Assembly (NCBI GenBank): GCA_944377145.1
Contig: CALWEH010000010.1
Coordinates: 4,871-68,870, forward strand
Source of the DNA: an uncultured Clostridia bacterium
GTDB lineage: Bacteria > Bacillota > Clostridia > Christensenellales > UBA1242
DNA: 64,000 bases
Reading direction: 5' to 3'
In this document: positions 59,567-64,000 of the stretch, one piece after another
Layout: every line of letters begins with the position of its first letter
How positions within the stretch are numbered: the stretch's first letter is position 1
The notes under the pieces: model-generated
What the model was told of the DNA's origin: nothing
What the model saw: only the letters and a program-made list of their open reading frames with translations
Database searches by the model: none
Program-made: the position numbers and the translations under genes

Positions 59567-61744
59567 ATGAAAATAATTAAACGTAGTGGAGAAGAAGTCC
59601 AATTTGATAGCAATAAAATAACTAATGCTATTAGAAAAGCCAATTTATCTGTAGATGAAGAGGGAAAAAGGCTTAATGAAGAGCAAATTAACAAAATTAC
59701 TCAAGAAGTTGTTGCTGAATGTGAAAAAATTGGTAGAGCTGTGCATGTTGAGGAAGTTCAAGACTTGGTAGAAAAAAGCATAATGATGGAAAAGGCTTTT
59801 GAGGTGGCAAAAAACTATATAACATATAGATATAAGCGTGCTTTAATTAGAAAGGCTAATAGCACAGATAAGCAGATTTTATCATTAATTGAAATTCAAA
59901 ATGAAGAGGTTAAACAAGAAAACTCTAATAAAAATCCAACTGTTAATAGTGTGCAACGAGATTATATGGCAGGTGAAGTTAGTAAAGATATTACAAAAAG
60001 GTTTTTATTGCCAGCAGACATTGTTGAGGCACATGAACAAGGAATAATTCATTTTCATGACATGGATTATTTTGCACAACACATGCATAATTGTTCCCTT
60101 GTTAATCTAGAAGATATGCTTCAAAATGGAACAGTGATTAGCGGAACTAAAATAGATAGACCAAATTCTTTTTCTACAGCTTGTAATATAGCTACTCAAA
60201 TAATAGCGCAGGTTGCTAGTGCTCAATATGGAGGTCAGAGCATTAGTATTGCTCATCTTGCTCCTTTTGTAGATGTTAGTAGACAGAAAATTAAAGCTCA
60301 AGTAAGGGAAGAATTGCAAGAAGCTTGTGGATATGTTGATGAGAAATTATTAAATAAAATAGTAGAAAAACGCCTTAATAAAGAGATTGAAAATGGAGTT
60401 CAAACAATTCAATATCAAGTTGTAACTCTAATGACAACAAATGGTCAAGCTCCTTTTATAACTGAATTTTTATATTTAGGTGAAGCTAAAAATGAGCAGG
60501 AAAAACAAGATATAGCAAAATTAATTGAAGAAACATTAAAACAGCGTTATAAAGGAATAAAAAATGAGAAAGGGGTGTATATTACTCCAGCTTTCCCAAA
60601 ATTGGTATATGTGCTTGAAGAACAAAACATTCATAATGATAGCAAGTATTATTATTTAACAGAATTGGCTGCAAAGTGTACTGCAAAACGCCTTGTTCCA
60701 GATTATATCTCTGAAAAGAAAATGTTAGAGTTAAAAATAGATAAAAACGGGAATGGACATTGTTATACTTGTATGGGTTGTAGAAGCTTTTTAACTCCAT
60801 ATGTTGATGAAAATGGAAATCCTAAATATTATGGAAGATTTAATCAGGGAGTTGTGACAATAAATTTAATAGATATTGCATTATCAGCAGAAAAAGATAT
60901 AGATAAGTTTTGGAAAATTTTTGATGAAAGAATGGAATTATGCCATAGGGCTTTAAGATGTAGACATGAACGTCTAAAAGGAACTCCTAGTGATGTGGCA
61001 CCTATTTTATGGCAACATGGGGCTTTGGCAAGATTGCAACCTGGAGAAAAAATAGATAAACTTTTATATGGAGGTTATTCAACAATTTCTTTAGGATATG
61101 CTGGGCTTTGGGAAACTGTGTATGGATTAATTGGTAAAAAATTAACTGAGCCAGAGGGCAAAGAATTAGGGCTTCAAATTATGAGAAAGTTAAATGAATA
61201 CACTAAAAAATGGAAAACTGAAGAAAATATTGATTATTCTTTATATGGAACTCCTATAGAAAGTACTACATACAAATTTGCTAAATGTTTACAAAAACGC
61301 TTTGGAATTATTGAGGGTGTTACAGATAAAAATTATATAACAAACTCATATCATGTCCATGTAACAGAAAACATAGATGCATTTAGCAAGCTTGCTCTTG
61401 AAAGCGAATTTCAAGCATTAAGCCCTGGTGGAGCTATTAGCTATGTGGAAGTTCCTAATATGCAAAATAATATAGAGGCTGTATTGCAAGTTATTAAATT
61501 TATATATGATAATATTATGTATGCAGAATTAAATACAAAAAGCGATTATTGTCAAGTATGTGGATTTGATGGAGAGATAAAAATAGTAGAGGAAGATAAA
61601 AAACTTATTTGGGAGTGTCCTAATTGTAAAAATAGAGATCAATCTAAACTTAATGTAGCTAGAAGAACTTGTGGCTATATTGGATCTCAATTTTGGAATC
61701 AGGGAAGAACTCAAGAAATAAGAGATAGGGTTTTGCATTTATAA
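59567..61744 (+). CDS. nrdD: Anaerobic ribonucleoside-triphosphate reductase (class III), with N-terminal ATP-cone
   Basis: 725 aa with the ATP-cone MKIIKRSGEEVQFDSNKI, a C-terminal Zn-ribbon CxxC...CxxC and the glycyl-radical motif RRTCGYIGS. Confidence 0.95.
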   Translation: MKIIKRSGEEVQFDSNKITNAIRKANLSVDEEGKRLNEEQINKITQEVVAECEKIGRAVHVEEVQDLVEKSIMMEKAFEVAKNYITYRYKRALIRKANSTDKQILSLIEIQNEEVKQENSNKNPTVNSVQRDYMAGEVSKDITKRFLLPADIVEAHEQGIIHFHDMDYFAQHMHNCSLVNLEDMLQNGTVISGTKIDRPNSFSTACNIATQIIAQVASAQYGGQSISIAHLAPFVDVSRQKIKAQVREELQEACGYVDEKLLNKIVEKRLNKEIENGVQTIQYQVVTLMTTNGQAPFITEFLYLGEAKNEQEKQDIAKLIEETLKQRYKGIKNEKGVYITPAFPKLVYVLEEQNIHNDSKYYYLTELAAKCTAKRLVPDYISEKKMLELKIDKNGNGHCYTCMGCRSFLTPYVDENGNPKYYGRFNQGVVTINLIDIALSAEKDIDKFWKIFDERMELCHRALRCRHERLKGTPSDVAPILWQHGALARLQPGEKIDKLLYGGYSTISLGYAGLWETVYGLIGKKLTEPEGKELGLQIMRKLNEYTKKWKTEENIDYSLYGTPIESTTYKFAKCLQKRFGIIEGVTDKNYITNSYHVHVTENIDAFSKLALESEFQALSPGGAISYVEVPNMQNNIEAVLQVIKFIYDNIMYAELNTKSDYCQVCGFDGEIKIVEEDKKLIWECPNCKNRDQSKLNVARRTCGYIGSQFWNQGRTQEIRDRVLHL

Positions 61745-62274
61745 TGAATTATGGTAATATAAAAATTAATGATATTGCAAATGGTGAAGGGGTTAGAGTG
61801 TCATTATTTGTATCTGGTTGCACAAACCATTGTAAAGAGTGCTTTAATCCTGAAACTTGGGATTTTAACTATGGCAAACCATTTACAAAACAAACTGAAG
61901 AATATATTATTCAGCAATTATCTTCTGATTTCGTAAATGGACTTAGTTTGTTGGGAGGAGAACCTTTTGAGCCACAAAATCAAAGAGTTTTGTTACCATT
62001 TGTAAAGCGTGTAAAACAATTATTCCCAAATAAAAATATATGGGCATATTCAGGCTTTAGATTAGAAGATGAATTGTTAAAAAAAGGAAGCTATCCAAAT
62101 TGTGAGTGTACATTAGAGCTTCTTCAAAATATAGATGTTCTTGTAGATGGGCGTTTTGATAGAGAATTGAAAAATATAAGATTAAATTTTAGAGGTTCTT
62201 CAAATCAAAGGATTATATTAGTTCAAGAAAGTTTGAAAGAGAAAAAAATTATATTATCTCCATTAAATAATTAA
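61744..62274 (+). CDS. nrdG: Anaerobic RNR-activating radical SAM protein
   Basis: 176 aa with the motif GCTNHCKECFNPETW (CxxxCxxC). It overlaps the nrdD stop (ATAATG). Confidence 0.93.
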   Translation: MNYGNIKINDIANGEGVRVSLFVSGCTNHCKECFNPETWDFNYGKPFTKQTEEYIIQQLSSDFVNGLSLLGGEPFEPQNQRVLLPFVKRVKQLFPNKNIWAYSGFRLEDELLKKGSYPNCECTLELLQNIDVLVDGRFDRELKNIRLNFRGSSNQRIILVQESLKEKKIILSPLNN

Positions 62275-62299
62275 ATAGGCTTAAAAAAGCCTATTTTTT
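62273..62299 (+). terminator. Intrinsic terminator after nrdG
   Basis: Stem aaataggc/gcctattt, then a T-run. Confidence 0.8.
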
Positions 62300-62451
62300 A
62301 TAAAAAATAAAATTTTTTAAAAAATATTAAAATTTTTTGATACATTTTTTATTTATATATGCTATAATCACAATATAAAGCATTATTTTTTTAAAAACTT
62401 AATATTTTTAGCTGTTGTTTAAAATTTTACAATATTTTTAGGTGGTAAAAT

Positions 62452-62994
62452 ATGAATGAGATTGTAGAAGTATTGAATTCAAAGGGTAAAGTTATTGATA
62501 AAAATTATATATCAATTATTCATCAAAAAGGCTTATGGCATAAACTTGCTGTTACATATATTATTAATGATAAACTTCAAATACTTTTACAGCGTCATTG
62601 CAAAGATACTAATATCTGGCAAGCTTCAAGTTCTCAACATGTTTTACTTGAAGAACCAATAAATTATAGTATAGCTCGTGATATTGAAAATAATTTAGGA
62701 ATTCAAATAAATAAAAATAAATTACAGCGTATATTTACAGATAAGAATAAATATAAAGATAAAAATATAAAAGATTTTCAATTTATAGATTTTTATATAA
62801 TAAAACAAAATTTAGATATAAAACAAATAAATTATGAAGATAAAGAAAATATTCAATTAAAATGGCTATCACTTGAAAAATATATTGAAAAATTAAAAAA
62901 TAAAGATAAAAATTATTTAAATTATAGTAAAAAACAGTATAAAATATTAAATACATATTTATTATTTCAAAAATATAAAAAAAGATTAAAATAA
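62452..62994 (+). CDS. Nudix-fold-like protein with degenerate Nudix box (hypothetical)
   Basis: 180 aa. The N-terminus (VEVLNSKGKVI...IHQKGLWHKLAVTYIIN..LQILLQR) is colinear with Nudix/IDI-like enzymes, but the box reads SSSQHVLLEEPINYSIARDIENNLGI, with RE changed to RD and EE changed to NN. Confidence 0.4.
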   Translation: MNEIVEVLNSKGKVIDKNYISIIHQKGLWHKLAVTYIINDKLQILLQRHCKDTNIWQASSSQHVLLEEPINYSIARDIENNLGIQINKNKLQRIFTDKNKYKDKNIKDFQFIDFYIIKQNLDIKQINYEDKENIQLKWLSLEKYIEKLKNKDKNYLNYSKKQYKILNTYLLFQKYKKRLK

Positions 62995-63118
62995 ATAAAA
63001 AAATAAATTTAAATAAAATAATTTTTAATTAATTAAAAAATATTATTTGCAAATAAAGTAATATTTTTTTTTATTTGCAGTTTTTATGTTTTAGTGATAT
63101 AATAAATAAGGTGAAAAT

Positions 63119-63793
63119 ATGACTATAACTAAAAATAAAGAATGTATAAAATATTTTATTATAGCTGGTATAATTTTATTATGCCTTTATTCTAATGGAA
63201 TAGCGGATTTATTTATTCCTATTTTTGATAATATTTATTATGGCAATTTAGTTAGATTGTTTGTAGCTATAACTAGTGCTATAATTTGGGGAATAGAAAT
63301 TTTAGCTATTGTGCTTATATGCAAAAAACTTAATATAGAGATATTTACACCAAAATTATCAAAAGGTAAAGAATTGCAAACATGGCAAGTTATATTATTA
63401 TTTGTTTTAACAATTTTGCCAATGTTGATTATAAGTGCTTGTATTAATTGGCAAGTAAAAATAGTATATGCACTTGGTGTTAGAGTTACAACTGTTGGAT
63501 TAGTGTGTAATGTGGCTGAAGTTTTAGCGTATGCAGTTAGAATGATATTAATGATTATGTTTATTTCTTGTATTCAAAAAGGATTTGAATTAATTTTCAA
63601 ATCAAAGTATGTAATACCTTATGGGGCAATATTTGCTTTCCTAACTTTTGGCATAATTGATTTTTTTGTTTTAGGAATGGGTTTAGCAGCTTTTTATTTA
63701 ATAGTGAGTATATTGTATGGAATTATATATTTAGTATCAAATAGAAAATTTGCATTAACATGGCTATTATGCTATTTAATATATTTGTTATAG
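63119..63793 (+). CDS. Polytopic membrane protein (224 aa, about 6 TM), hypothetical
   Basis: SD aaggtg. Strongly hydrophobic throughout. Confidence 0.5.
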   Translation: MTITKNKECIKYFIIAGIILLCLYSNGIADLFIPIFDNIYYGNLVRLFVAITSAIIWGIEILAIVLICKKLNIEIFTPKLSKGKELQTWQVILLFVLTILPMLIISACINWQVKIVYALGVRVTTVGLVCNVAEVLAYAVRMILMIMFISCIQKGFELIFKSKYVIPYGAIFAFLTFGIIDFFVLGMGLAAFYLIVSILYGIIYLVSNRKFALTWLLCYLIYLL

Positions 63794-63800
63794 GTGAGAT

Positions 63801-64000
63801 ATGAAAAGGTTTTTTAAAACAAATTGTTTAGTATGGATATATTTTGGCTTGGCTGTATTGATTGAATTAACAGCAGTGTTTGTTACATCTAATAAATTTT
63901 ATATTAGACTTCCATTTATCTTTTTATTGCTTCAATTATTTATAATGTTAATACTTTTATGTATTCCTTCAAATAAGGCTAGGCATATAGTATCTTCCTG
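63801..64000 (+). CDS. Membrane protein, 5' fragment (continues beyond the window)
   Basis: The ATG at 63801 follows SD aggtgag. The frame is open to the window end (66 codons) and the N-terminus is hydrophobic. Confidence 0.5.
   Translation, partial: MKRFFKTNCLVWIYFGLAVLIELTAVFVTSNKFYIRLPFIFLLLQLFIMLILLCIPSNKARHIVSS

Overview
AT-rich (about 30% G+C in genes) chromosomal segment read with the standard code 11. Gene content and order point to a low-GC Firmicute (Bacillota) with an anaerobic lifestyle. The supporting genes are pyruvate:ferredoxin oxidoreductase, nrdDG, a long Bacillus-type SRP RNA with an Alu domain, and the Bacillus-like order secG-rnr-smpB-ssrA. Most of the window is core housekeeping: rpoB-rpoC, the str cluster rpsL-rpsG-fusA-tuf, asnS/lysS/trpS, pgk-gpmI, truA-rplM-rpsI, hflX, queH, rpiB, tRNA-Ser(CGA), SRP RNA and tmRNA. 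I found no rRNA, CRISPR array, transposase, integrase or recognisable defence system. Things not explained by routine annotation, best first: (1) a roughly 218-nt ORF-free unit at 40250-40467, bounded by a promoter and a terminator and GC-enriched, inside the largest intergenic gap downstream of ssrA. I read it as a candidate unclassified structured ncRNA. (2) A roughly 5-kb accessory insertion between rpoC and rpsL. It carries an unannotated 44-codon ORF, a HicB-like gene with no HicA that is translationally coupled to an unknown 177-aa ORF, a guanine-deaminase-like gene, a low-complexity Cys-cluster protein and a DUF5050-like lipoprotein. (3) A 1197-aa membrane-anchored acidic coiled-coil protein built from duplicated modules. 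(4) A BclA-like collagen-repeat gene and two tiny Cys/Gly/Asn-rich hydrophobic proteins. (5) A ribosomal protein S9 with a roughly 70-aa Lys/Ala-rich N-terminal extension. (6) Three genes with TATAAT-N6-ATG geometry and no Shine-Dalgarno, suggesting leaderless mRNAs. (7) A Crp/Fnr regulator divergent from nrdDG, with an inverted repeat centred at -41.5 of the predicted nrdD promoter. All family calls rest on motif recognition by eye, since no searches could be run.
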